Below are positions 49,953-60,224 of a DNA stretch of 64,000 nucleotides, piece after piece (the stretch's first letter is position 1; every line of letters begins with the position of its first letter). Both the position numbers and the translations under genes were made by a program. Origin of the DNA: Eggerthella sp. CAG:298 (GTDB lineage: Bacteria; Actinomycetota; Coriobacteriia; Coriobacteriales; Eggerthellaceae); contig FR895148.1 of the NCBI GenBank assembly GCA_000435675.1, positions 113,402 to 177,401 on the forward strand. Direction: 5' to 3'. Under the pieces are notes generated by a model, which saw only the letters and a program-made list of their open reading frames with translations, ran no database searches and was not told where the DNA came from.

Positions 49953-52508
49953 TTATCCATCGTTTTCCTCAAACGCGCGAATGGTTTCAAGTTCGACTGA
50001 ATCGACGAGCACTTCGCGAGGTTTAGAGCCATTGGGCGGACCAACGATCCCTTTCGCTTCGAGTAAATCCATTATACGACCTGCGCGGGAATAACCAACG
50101 CTCAATCGGCGCTGAAGATTCGAAGTAGAACCCATGCCGGTCGAGCAGACGATCTCGGCGGCTTCCCACACCAGCGGGTCATCCGATACTCCACCCGAAG
50201 AACCGCTGCCATCAGGTGAGGAATCACCCAGTGTGATGAGGTTCGTGGAGAGGATATCGTTATGGTACTCGGGCTCACCCTGTTCTTTGAGGTGCTCGAC
50301 CACTGCGGCAATCTCGTCCTCCGAAACGAAACACCCTTGGATACGCTGTGGTTTTGCCAGTTCGGGCTTGGAAAGGAGAAGGTCTCCTAGGCCGATGAGG
50401 TTTTCAGCACCGGGCGTGTCGAGCACGACACGCGAGTCGATGCCTGAGGCAACGTTGAAAGCGATACGGTTGGTGATGTTCGCCTTGATAAGACCGGTGA
50501 CCACGTTGGTCGAAGGGCGCTGAGTAGCGACGATAAGGTGTATGCCCGCCGCACGAGCAAGCTGCGCCAAGCGCGAGATGGAGAACTCGACCTCTTTGCC
50601 CACGTTCATCATAAGATCGGCAAGCTCGTCGATGATGATGACGATATAGGGCAGCTCTTCGAGCACCTCAGCGTTCTCAGGGTCCTTCTCGGCTGCCTTC
50701 TTGCTCTCCTGAGCCTTCGCATTGTATTGACCGATGTTGCGCGCACCAAGGCCAGAGAACACTTTGAGCCTACGCTCCATTTCAGCGACCGCCCACGCGA
50801 GCGCACTTGCTGCTTCACGCGCTTCGGTCACAACGGGAACGTAGAGATGCGGGATGCCGTTATAGGGAGTGAACTCGACGCGCTTCGGGTCGATCATGAT
50901 GAAGCGCACCTCAGCAGGTGTTGCGCGCATGAGAATCGACATGATCATAGCATTGATGGAGACTGATTTACCTGAACCGGTGGTACCGCCGATGAGCAAG
51001 TGAGGCATCTTGGCAAGATCGGAAACGATGCACTCCCCTTCCACGTCCTTACCGATCGCGATCTGAAGCGGTCCGCCCTTAGTGCCCTTGAGCACATCGC
51101 CAAGATAGACCGTCTGACGTACCTGGTTAGGAACTTCGATGCCCACATAGTTCGTACCAGGGATCGGTGCGAAGATACGCACACCTGGCGACGCTAGTGC
51201 GAGTGCGATGTCGTCAGTGAGATTCGAAACGCGATTGACGCGCACACCAGAGGGAAGATCGACCTTGAAGAGCGTGACCGTAGGTCCGGCTACCCACCCG
51301 ACCACATCGGCATCGACACCGAAATCATGAAGCGTATCTTCAAGGTTCTGCGCCACGATCTTGAGCGAGGCATCGGTCTCTGCATGCTGGTTCTCTGCAG
51401 AAGAAACATTTAAGAGGTTGAAATCGGGAAGCGTGAAACCATCGAGCGGCTGCGGTATGGCACTCGGGACGGCCACGCGCTTCTTCTTCGGCTTTTTCCC
51501 TGCCTGTTCGGCCTTGTTGCTCTTAGCTGCCACTTCCTCTGCATCGAGCAGGACCGTCTTCTGTTCGTGTGCGCCTGCTGTGGGCGTTTCGGGAGCATCG
51601 GAGAGCTTATGTTTGCGCGGACCAAGCTTTCGAGTGAGAGACTGCGCCTCTTTCGCCTGTTCATGATCGAGCACGCGGGTCTTGAGCGCCTCTTCCGGAA
51701 GCGGAGCGTGAGCAGGAGCGGGGCGTACCGATTCGCGCCCTTCGATCTTGCGAGGATCGATGCGCTGAGAGAGACGACGGCGCGCAAGCGGATGCTGGTT
51801 TTGCGTATGAGCAAGATTCATACGTGCGAACAGCGCCGCTTCGCTCTCCTCTGCTTCTTCTCGTGCACGGCGCTCATCGCGTATGCGTTCGAACGCCGCG
51901 GAGATCGAGAATCCGATGATGAGGATGCCGACGACGAAAAGCCCCACGATGATGATGAGCGAAACGGTGAAGCCGAACAAGCGCAGGAGCACCCAAGCGA
52001 ACGCTCCTCCGCAGTAGCCGCCGTAATTCACGAGCGTAAGGGGATTGAAGACGATGTTGGGATCGACCTCAGCATTGGGCATGAGCATCGAAAGCAACGT
52101 AAGCAGCGTAAGGAAGATGATGAGCGATCCAAGCGCCGTGCGCGCAGGAACAAGACCCGCATCGAAACGGAGCAAATAGGTGATCGCAACTACCAAGAGG
52201 AAGAATGGCAGCACATAGGCCCCGATACCGAAAGCATTATGAAGCCCCGCCCCCAGTAAGGAGGTGACCATGCCATCGGGAGGAAGCAAAGCGGTGATGA
52301 ACAGCGCCACAGCAAGCACCGCGAGCACCACGCCAGCGATATCGTGTCTTGTGCGTGAATCGAGCAAAGCACCTTGTTGCATAGGTGCTTGCTTTTGATA
52401 ATTACCGGGTTTTCCTTTGACCGCGCCTTGAGCAGAAGACCGCTTCGTTGAAGCGCTCTTCCCTTTTTGCGAGGCTCCGCGCGAGCGATTGTCGGGCTGC
52501 CTGGCCAT
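49953..52508 (-). CDS. ftsK: DNA translocase FtsK/SpoIIIE
   Basis: N-terminal polytopic membrane domain, a long linker, a motor domain with Walker A (GGTTGSGKS) and a C-terminal gamma wHTH. 851 aa. Confidence 0.92.
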   Translation of the reverse strand: MARQPDNRSRGASQKGKSASTKRSSAQGAVKGKPGNYQKQAPMQQGALLDSRTRHDIAGVVLAVLAVALFITALLPPDGMVTSLLGAGLHNAFGIGAYVLPFFLLVVAITYLLRFDAGLVPARTALGSLIIFLTLLTLLSMLMPNAEVDPNIVFNPLTLVNYGGYCGGAFAWVLLRLFGFTVSLIIIVGLFVVGILIIGFSISAAFERIRDERRAREEAEESEAALFARMNLAHTQNQHPLARRRLSQRIDPRKIEGRESVRPAPAHAPLPEEALKTRVLDHEQAKEAQSLTRKLGPRKHKLSDAPETPTAGAHEQKTVLLDAEEVAAKSNKAEQAGKKPKKKRVAVPSAIPQPLDGFTLPDFNLLNVSSAENQHAETDASLKIVAQNLEDTLHDFGVDADVVGWVAGPTVTLFKVDLPSGVRVNRVSNLTDDIALALASPGVRIFAPIPGTNYVGIEVPNQVRQTVYLGDVLKGTKGGPLQIAIGKDVEGECIVSDLAKMPHLLIGGTTGSGKSVSINAMIMSILMRATPAEVRFIMIDPKRVEFTPYNGIPHLYVPVVTEAREAASALAWAVAEMERRLKVFSGLGARNIGQYNAKAQESKKAAEKDPENAEVLEELPYIVIIIDELADLMMNVGKEVEFSISRLAQLARAAGIHLIVATQRPSTNVVTGLIKANITNRIAFNVASGIDSRVVLDTPGAENLIGLGDLLLSKPELAKPQRIQGCFVSEDEIAAVVEHLKEQGEPEYHNDILSTNLITLGDSSPDGSGSSGGVSDDPLVWEAAEIVCSTGMGSTSNLQRRLSVGYSRAGRIMDLLEAKGIVGPPNGSKPREVLVDSVELETIRAFEENDG

Positions 52509-52566
52509 GTAAACCTTTCTGTAGTGCGTTTAATAGTGTGATAAAGGTTTCTGTATGAATTATAGA

Positions 52567-54414
52567 CTAAAGCTCAAGGATATTCACGATGACAAGCGGC
52601 CGCTGGTTCGTGCGTTCCCAAAGCACGGAAAGCAGCGCACTTCGAGCGATCTTTCGCGTTTCGCGCGGCGGCTCTTCCTTCGAGAGCGAACGCTGTATCG
52701 CATTCGAGACCGCTTTGCTCACCGCTTTCACCAGTTCAGGATCATCACCGCCAGGAATGCCATGCATCTCGACAAGAACAGGCGTTACCAGTGAACGGCT
52801 CTTTCTATTCACGGCACACGCGATGCTCGCCACCCCTTGCGCACCGAGGCTCGAACGCTCATGGAGCACCATTTCGGACGTGTCGCCCACAGAAAGACCA
52901 TCAACAAGTACGATGCCGCTCGGCACCGATTCGCCGATCTTGATCCCCTTAGAGCTCAGTTCGATCGATTCACCGTTCTCAAGGATGAAGACATCTTCAG
53001 GCGAAACACCCGTTGCTTCAGCGAGATTGGCATGTGCGCGCAAATGGGTCGCTTCACCGTGAACCGGCAAGAACGCTTGAGGGCGCACGATGGACAAAAC
53101 GAGCTTGAGCTCTTCAGCACCCGCATGACCAGACACATGCACGCATGCGCGCGATTTGTCGTAGACATCCGCACCGATCTTCGCGAGCGAGTTCACCACA
53201 CGCGTGACCGCTTTCTCGTTGCCCGGAACCGGCGTTGCCGAGATGATAACGGTGTCGCCTTCATCGATCGAGATGGTCTTATGGTTACCCCCGGCGATAC
53301 GTGCTAGCGCTGAAAGTGGCTCACCCTGAGAGCCAGTGCACATGACCACATAGCTATCGGGCGGCATACCCTTCAGGTCGTACGCATCGATGATGTCCTT
53401 GTCGGAGATGTTGAGGTAGCCCAGACGGCGCGCGATATCGGTATTCTGGACCATCGAGCGCCCCGTAACGGCGACCTTGCGCCCGTTCTTCACAGCCGCA
53501 TCGCAGATCTGCTGCATACGATGAATGTGCGAAGCGAACGAAGCGACGATCACGCGTCCCTTCGCGCCTGAGATGATGCGATCGAGCGCTTTGCCCACTT
53601 CAGCTTCTGAAGGCGTGAAGTTGGGGTTCGTTGCGTTCGTCGAGTCGGAGAGCATAAGATCGACGCCCTCTTTGGCGAAGCGTGCCAGAGCTGCAAAATC
53701 GGTCTGAACACCATCGATCGGCGATTGATCGAGCTTGAAATCGCCCATATGGAGCACGTTGCCTGCAGGAGAACGATAGAACACGCCCACGGCATCGGGA
53801 ATAGAATGGTTCACCGCGAAGAATTCTGCCTTGATGCATCCAAGATCGATCGTCTGACCTGGCTTGATCTCGCAAAGCTTCGCGTTCTTGATCTTGTGCT
53901 CTTTAAGCTTACCTTCGATGAGGCCGAGCGTGAGCTTGGTCGCATAGATCGGCACTTGCTTGCCCAGATCCTTCAGAAGATACGGCAAAGCGCCCGTGTG
54001 ATCTTCGTGGCCATGCGTGATGATGATGCCACGCAGCTTATCAGCGTTCTCGAGCACGTAGGTGTAATCCGGCAGGATGAGATCGATGCCTGGATGATCG
54101 TCATCGGGGAACATGAGACCCGCATCGTCGAGCACCATGTCATTCTTGCACTCGAAGACCGTCATGTTCTTGCCGATCGCATCGAGTCCGCCCAAGGGGA
54201 TGATGCGCAGCGTTGCTTTAGGATCGCGCTTTGTCTGATTTTGCTTCGGCCTGCGATTATTGTTCTTCTTGTTTTGATTGTTCGATTTGTTATTGCCCTG
54301 CTTTGAGCCATTTACTTTGGAAAGCTTGGGGCGCTTTCGTTCAAGCTGAACGTGCTTGACAGTTTCATTGTTGCGTTTGTTCTGGTTTTTCGATTCTGTC
54401 TTTTGTTGCGCCAT
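52567..54414 (-). CDS. rnj: Ribonuclease J with N-terminal Lys/Asn-rich basic extension
   Basis: Metallo-beta-lactamase motif HGHEDH, beta-CASP and RNase J C-terminal domains. First ~70 aa are K/N/Q/R-rich low complexity (...KNQNKRNNETV...NNKSNNQNKKNNNRRPKQNQTKR). Confidence 0.9.
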   Translation of the reverse strand: MAQQKTESKNQNKRNNETVKHVQLERKRPKLSKVNGSKQGNNKSNNQNKKNNNRRPKQNQTKRDPKATLRIIPLGGLDAIGKNMTVFECKNDMVLDDAGLMFPDDDHPGIDLILPDYTYVLENADKLRGIIITHGHEDHTGALPYLLKDLGKQVPIYATKLTLGLIEGKLKEHKIKNAKLCEIKPGQTIDLGCIKAEFFAVNHSIPDAVGVFYRSPAGNVLHMGDFKLDQSPIDGVQTDFAALARFAKEGVDLMLSDSTNATNPNFTPSEAEVGKALDRIISGAKGRVIVASFASHIHRMQQICDAAVKNGRKVAVTGRSMVQNTDIARRLGYLNISDKDIIDAYDLKGMPPDSYVVMCTGSQGEPLSALARIAGGNHKTISIDEGDTVIISATPVPGNEKAVTRVVNSLAKIGADVYDKSRACVHVSGHAGAEELKLVLSIVRPQAFLPVHGEATHLRAHANLAEATGVSPEDVFILENGESIELSSKGIKIGESVPSGIVLVDGLSVGDTSEMVLHERSSLGAQGVASIACAVNRKSRSLVTPVLVEMHGIPGGDDPELVKAVSKAVSNAIQRSLSKEEPPRETRKIARSALLSVLWERTNQRPLVIVNILEL

Positions 54415-54477
54415 TTCCTCTCATTTCTAAACAGCACGCCCTTGTGCGCTTAGACGTGCTGTTTCTTGTATAGATGG

Positions 54478-55380
54478 TTACTTCAAAACGCCAACTTGGC
54501 GCATTACCTCTGCGAGTTCGGCTGATTGTTCAGCCGTTGCGTTGACGAGCGGCAAGCGCACGCCACCAACAGGGAATCCGAGCAGGTTCAAAGCCTCTTT
54601 CACCATGATGGGATTCGAGGTGATGAAAAGCTCGTTCATGAGCGGAAGAAGGGCTTCGTTAGCCTTCGCGGCTGCTTCGAAATCTCCCGCAGCGCAGAGA
54701 TCGACGATCTCCTTCATGTGATCGGGTGCTACGTTTCCGATGGTGGAAATGACACCAGCACCACCGAGCTTCATGATGTCGTAGGTAAGGGCATCGTCTC
54801 CTGAATACACCTCGAAGCCTTCTGGCGCGCCTGCCAGAATAGCTGCGACCTGCTCTAGATTACCCGATGCTTCTTTGATCGCAACGATATTATCCACTTC
54901 GTTCGCCAGGCGAAGGGTCGTTTCCGCGGTCATATTGATAACGCAACGACCAGGGATGTTGTAGAGGATGCACGGAAGATCGATGCTTTCTGCGATGGTC
55001 TTGAAGTGCTGATAGAGACCTTCTTGCGGAGGCTTGTTGTAGTAAGGGACCACGAGCATGAAGCCATCCACGCCCAGCTTCTGCACATCACGCGCGAAAT
55101 CGACCGTGTCAGCCGTGCAGTTGTCACCCACGTTGGCGATAACGGGCACTTCCCCATCGATCTCAGAGACGACCGCTTCGAAGAGCTTCATCTTCTGCGG
55201 ATAGAACACCGTAGGGCTTTCGCCGGTGGTGCCATTGATGATGAGCGCATCGGCACCGTTCTCAACAAGACGACGAGCCAACGCACGCGCTTGTTTGAGG
55301 TCGAGATTGAGGTTCTCGTCGAACGGAGTGACCATTGCGGGAATCATACGACCAAAACGAGGCGCTGTTGCTGCTGACAT
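54478..55380 (-). CDS. dapA: 4-hydroxy-tetrahydrodipicolinate synthase
   Basis: DapA family: GTTGE motif and an active-site Lys region. 300 aa. Confidence 0.92.
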   Translation of the reverse strand: MSAATAPRFGRMIPAMVTPFDENLNLDLKQARALARRLVENGADALIINGTTGESPTVFYPQKMKLFEAVVSEIDGEVPVIANVGDNCTADTVDFARDVQKLGVDGFMLVVPYYNKPPQEGLYQHFKTIAESIDLPCILYNIPGRCVINMTAETTLRLANEVDNIVAIKEASGNLEQVAAILAGAPEGFEVYSGDDALTYDIMKLGGAGVISTIGNVAPDHMKEIVDLCAAGDFEAAAKANEALLPLMNELFITSNPIMVKEALNLLGFPVGGVRLPLVNATAEQSAELAEVMRQVGVLK

Positions 55381-55482
55381 TGTTATCTCCTAACTACGAG
55401 CCAAGACACGCGCAAATAGATATGAGCGGAACGGTTGCCACTCGATTGCTGCTCATATTATGGCATGAGCAGCGCGCAACTC

Positions 55483-56244
55483 TTACATGAAGTTCTCTAA
55501 ACCGACAATAAGACCATGCTGTGCGCCAACATTGCGAATGCCGAGCAAGACACCTGGCATATAAGAGGTGCGATCCCATGAATCGTGACGGATCGTGAGC
55601 GTCTGACCCATCGAGCCGAAGACGACCTCCTGCGAAGCCACATAGCCCATGGAGCGAACCGAGTGAACAGGAACGCCTGCCACTTCGGCACCGCGCGCGC
55701 CTTCGCAACCAGCATTCTCGGTCTCTTTGCCTGGAGCAACGCTATCGCGCCTGCGGGACTCCTGGATGATTTCAGCCGTGCGTACTGCAGTACCAGAAGG
55801 GGCATCCTTCTTATTGGCATGATGGAATTCAATGATCTCAGCCTCAGGGAAATAAGGTGCTGCGATCTTGGCAAACTCCATCATCAGCACGGCACCGGTC
55901 GTGAAGTTCGGAGCGTAGAACAAGCAAGCGCCATCAGCAGCACTCGAAGCGAGCTCTTGCAAGGTATCCTGGCTCATGCCCGTGGTACCGACTACACAAT
56001 CGATGCCAGCAGGAAGTGCGACCGCTAAGGTCTTTGCAACGACATCGGGTTGGGTGAAATCGACGAGCACGTTGAACTGTGCGCCTGCGAGGGCCTCATC
56101 GATCGTGGCGAAGGTCGGGAATGCTTGCTCGGTCGCATACGGATCGATACCACACACGACTTCCATATCGTCTGCTGCGCTCACCGCATCAACGACGGCA
56201 GAGCCCATCCTTCCTGAATAGCCTGCTACAGCAACTTTTATCAT
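55483..56244 (-). CDS. dapB: 4-hydroxy-tetrahydrodipicolinate reductase
   Basis: N-terminal Rossmann motif KVAVAGYSGRMG and DapB C-terminal domain motifs (EIIEFHHANKKDAPSGTA). Confidence 0.9.
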   Translation of the reverse strand: MIKVAVAGYSGRMGSAVVDAVSAADDMEVVCGIDPYATEQAFPTFATIDEALAGAQFNVLVDFTQPDVVAKTLAVALPAGIDCVVGTTGMSQDTLQELASSAADGACLFYAPNFTTGAVLMMEFAKIAAPYFPEAEIIEFHHANKKDAPSGTAVRTAEIIQESRRRDSVAPGKETENAGCEGARGAEVAGVPVHSVRSMGYVASQEVVFGSMGQTLTIRHDSWDRTSYMPGVLLGIRNVGAQHGLIVGLENFM

Positions 56245-56290
56245 AGTGTCTCCTTAGACTAGATGATGAATTGAGGATCTAAGCGATCAT

Positions 56291-56542
56291 CTAGAGTGCG
56301 TCGATCGCTTCTTGAAGTGCACGGGCGAGCTGATCGGGGCAGCTCGTGGGGCGTTTGCCGCAGGTAGTGCCCTTCAAGATCGAGATGATCTCTTCGGCAG
56401 GCTTCCCCACTACCAAACGCGAGATGCCTGTTTGATTTCCATTGCAGCCGCCATCGAATTCAACGGCCGTGATGATGCCGTTATCATCGATGTCGAAATT
56501 GATCGCACGTGCACAGACGCCACTCGTTTTATAGCTATACAT
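56291..56542 (-). CDS. TSCPD-domain small protein (TIGR03905-like)
   Basis: Cys-containing motifs ...GVCARAINFDIDDNG...GGCNGNQ...GTTCGKRPTSCPDQLARAL typical of the TSCPD family. Start set at Met 56542 (GGAGAAGAGG Shine-Dalgarno). A TTG at 56590 is the alternative. Confidence 0.6.
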   Translation of the reverse strand: MYSYKTSGVCARAINFDIDDNGIITAVEFDGGCNGNQTGISRLVVGKPAEEIISILKGTTCGKRPTSCPDQLARALQEAIDAL

Positions 56543-56684
56543 CGAATCCTCTTCTCCAATGAAATAGGTTTGAACACTAGTGTACGACAAAGCGCGCAGA
56601 CGCGCGAAGTGCTGCCGGTGAAGAACAACAAAAGCCCCTCACGTCTTATGGTGAGGGGCTTATTCGCTTTATGCCATGTTCAGA

Positions 56685-58862
56685 CTAATTGTGGCGACGA
56701 CGCGGTTTACGATTGCCGTTACCGTTCTCCTTGCCATGGTTGTTGAAGCCTTGACCCGGACGCGGTCCATCGCTCTTCACATCAGGTTTGTCGAGACGAT
56801 CGAGCGAGATCTTGCCATTGTCGCCCACTTCGATGACCTCGACCTTCACGATATCGCCGATATTCATCACATCTTCGACCTTCGCTACGCGACCGTTGGC
56901 CATGCGCGAGATGTGGAGCAGACCATCCTTACCAGGAGTAAGACGGATGAACGCACCGAAGTCCTTGATGCCGACCACTTCGCCCTCGTAGACCTCTCCC
57001 ACTTCGGGAACCTTCACGATGCCAAGGATCGCTTCACGTGCAGCATTGCCGCTCTCAGCGTTGGTAGAAGCAACGTGTACGGTGCCATCTTCCTGCACCT
57101 CGATCGTTGCGCCGGTTTCTTCCTGAAGGCCACGGATGACCTTACCGCCTGTACCGATGACGTCGCGAATCTTATCAACGGGGATATGGATGGTCTCGAT
57201 ATGCGGAGCATAGGGTGAGAGCTCGTTGCGCGGAGCATCGATAGCTTCGAGCATCGCATTCATGATGAACGCACGACCTTCTTTAGCCTGATTGAGCGCG
57301 CGTGCAAGGATATCAACTGAGAGACCACGTGCCTTATTGTCCATCTGAAGTGCGGTGATGCCCTTTTCAGTTCCGCAAACCTTGAAGTCCATATCGCCCA
57401 AGAAGTCTTCTAGGCCCTGGATATCGGAGAGGATGACGATATCGTCGCCTTCCTTGATAAGACCCATCGCGATACCAGCGACAGGAGCCTTGATAGGCAC
57501 GCCAGCATCCATGAGCGCCAGCGTAGAGCCGCAGGTAGAAGCCATAGAAGAAGAACCGTTCGATTCGAGCACCTCAGATACGACGCGGATGGAATACGGG
57601 AATTCATCTTCGCTCGGAAGGACTGGGATGAGCGCGCGTTCAGCGAGCGCACCATGACCGACTTCGCGGCGCTTCGGTGCACCCATGCGGCCAACCTCAC
57701 CCGTGCAATACGGCGGGAAGTTGTACTGATGCATGTAGCGCTTACCCTCTTCAGGCCAGATGGTGTCGAGGCGCTGCCATTCATTGAGCATACCGAGCGT
57801 ACAAACGGAAAGCGCTTGGGTCTGACCGCGCTGGAAGAGGCCAGAACCATGAACGCGCGGCAGATAGCCAGCAACGATGTGGAGCGGACGGATCTCGGTC
57901 GAGGTACGACCATCGGCACGTTCGCCCGTTTCGATGACCATCGCGCGCATAGCGTGCTTTTCGAGCGACTTGAGCTCAGCAGCGATGTCGGAGCCCCAAG
58001 CGGCGCGCTCCTCTTCGGTGAATTCGTTTTCCTTGATAGATGCTTTGAGCTCATCGACCTTGGCCATACGAGCATGCTTGTCAGCGTCTTTGAGCGCAGC
58101 GCTCATCTGGTCGAAGAACGGCTCGATACGTGCTGCGATGGAAGGATCCGCCACATGAACCGGCCATTCGCGCGGCTCAGGAGCAACCTCGGCAAGGAAT
58201 GCGCTCTGCTCTTCGCAGAATGCCTTGATAGCTTCCTGGCCGAAGGTCATCGCAGCGAGCATATCCTCTTCAGAGATCTCTTGAGCGCCCGCTTCGACCA
58301 TGGAGATATAGTCGGCGGTACCAGCGATGGTGAGTTCGAGATCGGAATTCTCATCCTCTTCAACGGTAGGATTCACAATGAATTCGCCGGTCTCGATATT
58401 ACGGCCGATGCGTACGCAGGCAGCAGGGCCATCGAACGGAGCGCTTGCGCACATGAGCGCAGCAGAAGCGCCCATAACGGAGATGCAGTCGGGCAGGTCT
58501 TGCGTATCGAGCACGAGCGGCGTTGCCACGATGTGCACTTCCTGCTTGAAGCCATCGGCAAAGCCAGGGCGGATCGGACGGTCGATCATACGTGCGGTGA
58601 GGATGCCATGATCGGAAGGCTTCGCCTCGCGCTTGAGATATCCTCCAGGGATGCGACCGACCGCATACATCTTCTCGATGAAGTCGACGGTGAGGGGGAA
58701 GAAATCGTAGTCCTTCTCAGATTCAGAGATGACCGCCGTTACGAGCACGGTGGTATCGCCCTGAGTGACGACCACTGCACCGGATGCCTGCTTGGCAAGC
58801 TCGCCAGTGGAGAGGGAGTACTCTTTCCCGTAGAGTTCGAATGTTCTAGTGACTTTTTTCAT
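56685..58862 (-). CDS. pnp: Polyribonucleotide nucleotidyltransferase (PNPase) with basic Gly/Asn-rich C-terminal tail
   Basis: Two RNase PH domains, a KH domain and an S1 domain. Start at MKKVTR (Met 58862). C-terminal ~35 aa reads ...RPGQGFNNHGKENGNGNRKPRRRHN. Confidence 0.93.
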   Translation of the reverse strand: MKKVTRTFELYGKEYSLSTGELAKQASGAVVVTQGDTTVLVTAVISESEKDYDFFPLTVDFIEKMYAVGRIPGGYLKREAKPSDHGILTARMIDRPIRPGFADGFKQEVHIVATPLVLDTQDLPDCISVMGASAALMCASAPFDGPAACVRIGRNIETGEFIVNPTVEEDENSDLELTIAGTADYISMVEAGAQEISEEDMLAAMTFGQEAIKAFCEEQSAFLAEVAPEPREWPVHVADPSIAARIEPFFDQMSAALKDADKHARMAKVDELKASIKENEFTEEERAAWGSDIAAELKSLEKHAMRAMVIETGERADGRTSTEIRPLHIVAGYLPRVHGSGLFQRGQTQALSVCTLGMLNEWQRLDTIWPEEGKRYMHQYNFPPYCTGEVGRMGAPKRREVGHGALAERALIPVLPSEDEFPYSIRVVSEVLESNGSSSMASTCGSTLALMDAGVPIKAPVAGIAMGLIKEGDDIVILSDIQGLEDFLGDMDFKVCGTEKGITALQMDNKARGLSVDILARALNQAKEGRAFIMNAMLEAIDAPRNELSPYAPHIETIHIPVDKIRDVIGTGGKVIRGLQEETGATIEVQEDGTVHVASTNAESGNAAREAILGIVKVPEVGEVYEGEVVGIKDFGAFIRLTPGKDGLLHISRMANGRVAKVEDVMNIGDIVKVEVIEVGDNGKISLDRLDKPDVKSDGPRPGQGFNNHGKENGNGNRKPRRRHN

Positions 58863-58975
58863 GTATCGTTCTTTCTCTTTCTTCCTGCCGGATTGCAGTG
58901 AAGCTTCTTCGCAGGCAAAGCGTTCTGCCCACCCGAGCAGCACCGTCTCTACGATGCCGACCGTTTATACACAAA

Positions 58976-58994
58976 AGCCCGCGAGGTGCGGGCT
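58976..58994 (-). terminator. rpsO-pnp intercistronic hairpin (terminator/attenuator)
   Basis: On the minus strand, stem AGCCCGC / GCGGGCT (7 bp, 5-nt loop) is followed by TTTTGTGT. Lies between the rpsO stop (59005) and the pnp start (58862). Confidence 0.6.
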
Positions 58995-59004
58995 CAAGGT
59001 GACC

Positions 59005-59292
59005 TTAGATGTTGTCGCGGATACCGAGCTTCTTGATGAGTTCGCGGTATTCGAGGATGTCGCGGTTCTTGATGTAGACGAGCAAGCGACGACGCTTACC
59101 AACGAGCATGAGTAGACCGCGGCGCGTGTGGTGATCCTTGGGGTGCTCTTTGAGGTGCTCGGTGAGGTTACGGATGCGCTCGGTGAGGATCGCGACCTGA
59201 ACTTCAGCACTACCAGAATCCTGAGCATTCTTGCCATATTCGGCGATGAGCTCTGCTGTGCGCTCCTTTGAGATGCTGTCTTTGTTTGCCAT
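59005..59292 (-). CDS. rpsO: 30S ribosomal protein S15
   Basis: Conserved S15 sequence (...[47 protein letters not shown]...). Confidence 0.92.
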   Translation of the reverse strand: MANKDSISKERTAELIAEYGKNAQDSGSAEVQVAILTERIRNLTEHLKEHPKDHHTRRGLLMLVGKRRRLLVYIKNRDILEYRELIKKLGIRDNI

Positions 59293-59444
59293 TGTTCCAC
59301 CTTTCTTGTTGTTGGCATTGGAACTGGGTTGATAAGCGGTGGTGCATATCGACCAAGTACCAAAACGCTGTTTTGCAGCCGTTTAATTATAGAGGTACGC
59401 CCGGCGAACTCAAGACACGATTTGCGCGAGCGGCGCGAACGAGA

Positions 59445-60218
59445 TCAGATAGACGAGTTGAATACATTCTTGAACAGGAACGCAAGCGATTTCATGGAGA
59501 TTCCGAGGTGAAGATGGATCCATTCGTTCGTGAACACGAGCGCTTCTTCGAGCACCCCAGCAGGAACATGATACGCCTCGATCTCTTGAAATGTTGAATA
59601 GAGCAGCGTATTGCACCACTGGAGCACTCCTGCGCTCACCAGCGTGGTCTCATGGTGCGCCGCACAGCGAGCGCACACCACTCCCCCGTCGAAGAACGAG
59701 AAGGTCTGCCGCGTTCCTTCTGCAAGCTCAGGCGTATCACCACATCCTACGCACTCTGTGAATGAAGGACGGAACCCAAGGAATGCCAGTGCCTTCAGGA
59801 GCCCCGCAAGCGTAGCTACGAGCGGATCGTTAGGAGTGTTTGCGATGGAATGAAGCGCTGCGCGCGAAAGCGCGAACAAGCGCGCGGTCGGTTGATCCTC
59901 GTACGTTGACTTCGCAAGGAGCTCGACGATCGGCGCCGATGCGCTCGAACGGAAGAAATCGTTCCTGAGCGCTTCGTTCCCTTCGAGCAGGCGCACTTCT
60001 TTCACGATGTCGAGATTATTGCCCTCGGCGACCAGTATCTTAGCAACCGAGTAAAGCTCCAGGCGCGAAGCGAAACTTGAAGTTGGCTTACGCGCACCTT
60101 TCGCAACTGCTTTGACCTGCGAACCATCTTCGGCAAGGAGTGTGACGATGACATCCGTTTCACCAAGCTTCGTACGACGCAACACGAGCGCAGTGACCGT
60201 TTTGGTAGGACTTGCCAT
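59445..60218 (-). CDS. recO: DNA repair protein RecO
   Basis: RecO N-terminal OB-fold and a C-terminal zinc motif CVGCG...CARCAAH. 257 aa. Confidence 0.88.
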   Translation of the reverse strand: MASPTKTVTALVLRRTKLGETDVIVTLLAEDGSQVKAVAKGARKPTSSFASRLELYSVAKILVAEGNNLDIVKEVRLLEGNEALRNDFFRSSASAPIVELLAKSTYEDQPTARLFALSRAALHSIANTPNDPLVATLAGLLKALAFLGFRPSFTECVGCGDTPELAEGTRQTFSFFDGGVVCARCAAHHETTLVSAGVLQWCNTLLYSTFQEIEAYHVPAGVLEEALVFTNEWIHLHLGISMKSLAFLFKNVFNSSI

Positions 60219-60224
60219 GAACGA

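Noticed and set aside
56591-56684. Possible small ORF or RNA between the TSCPD gene and pnp
   Set aside because: The 94-bp spacer contains only a GC-rich stretch (GCGCGCAGACGCGCG) that looks like a terminator-type hairpin for pnp. No ORF or conserved motif is evident.
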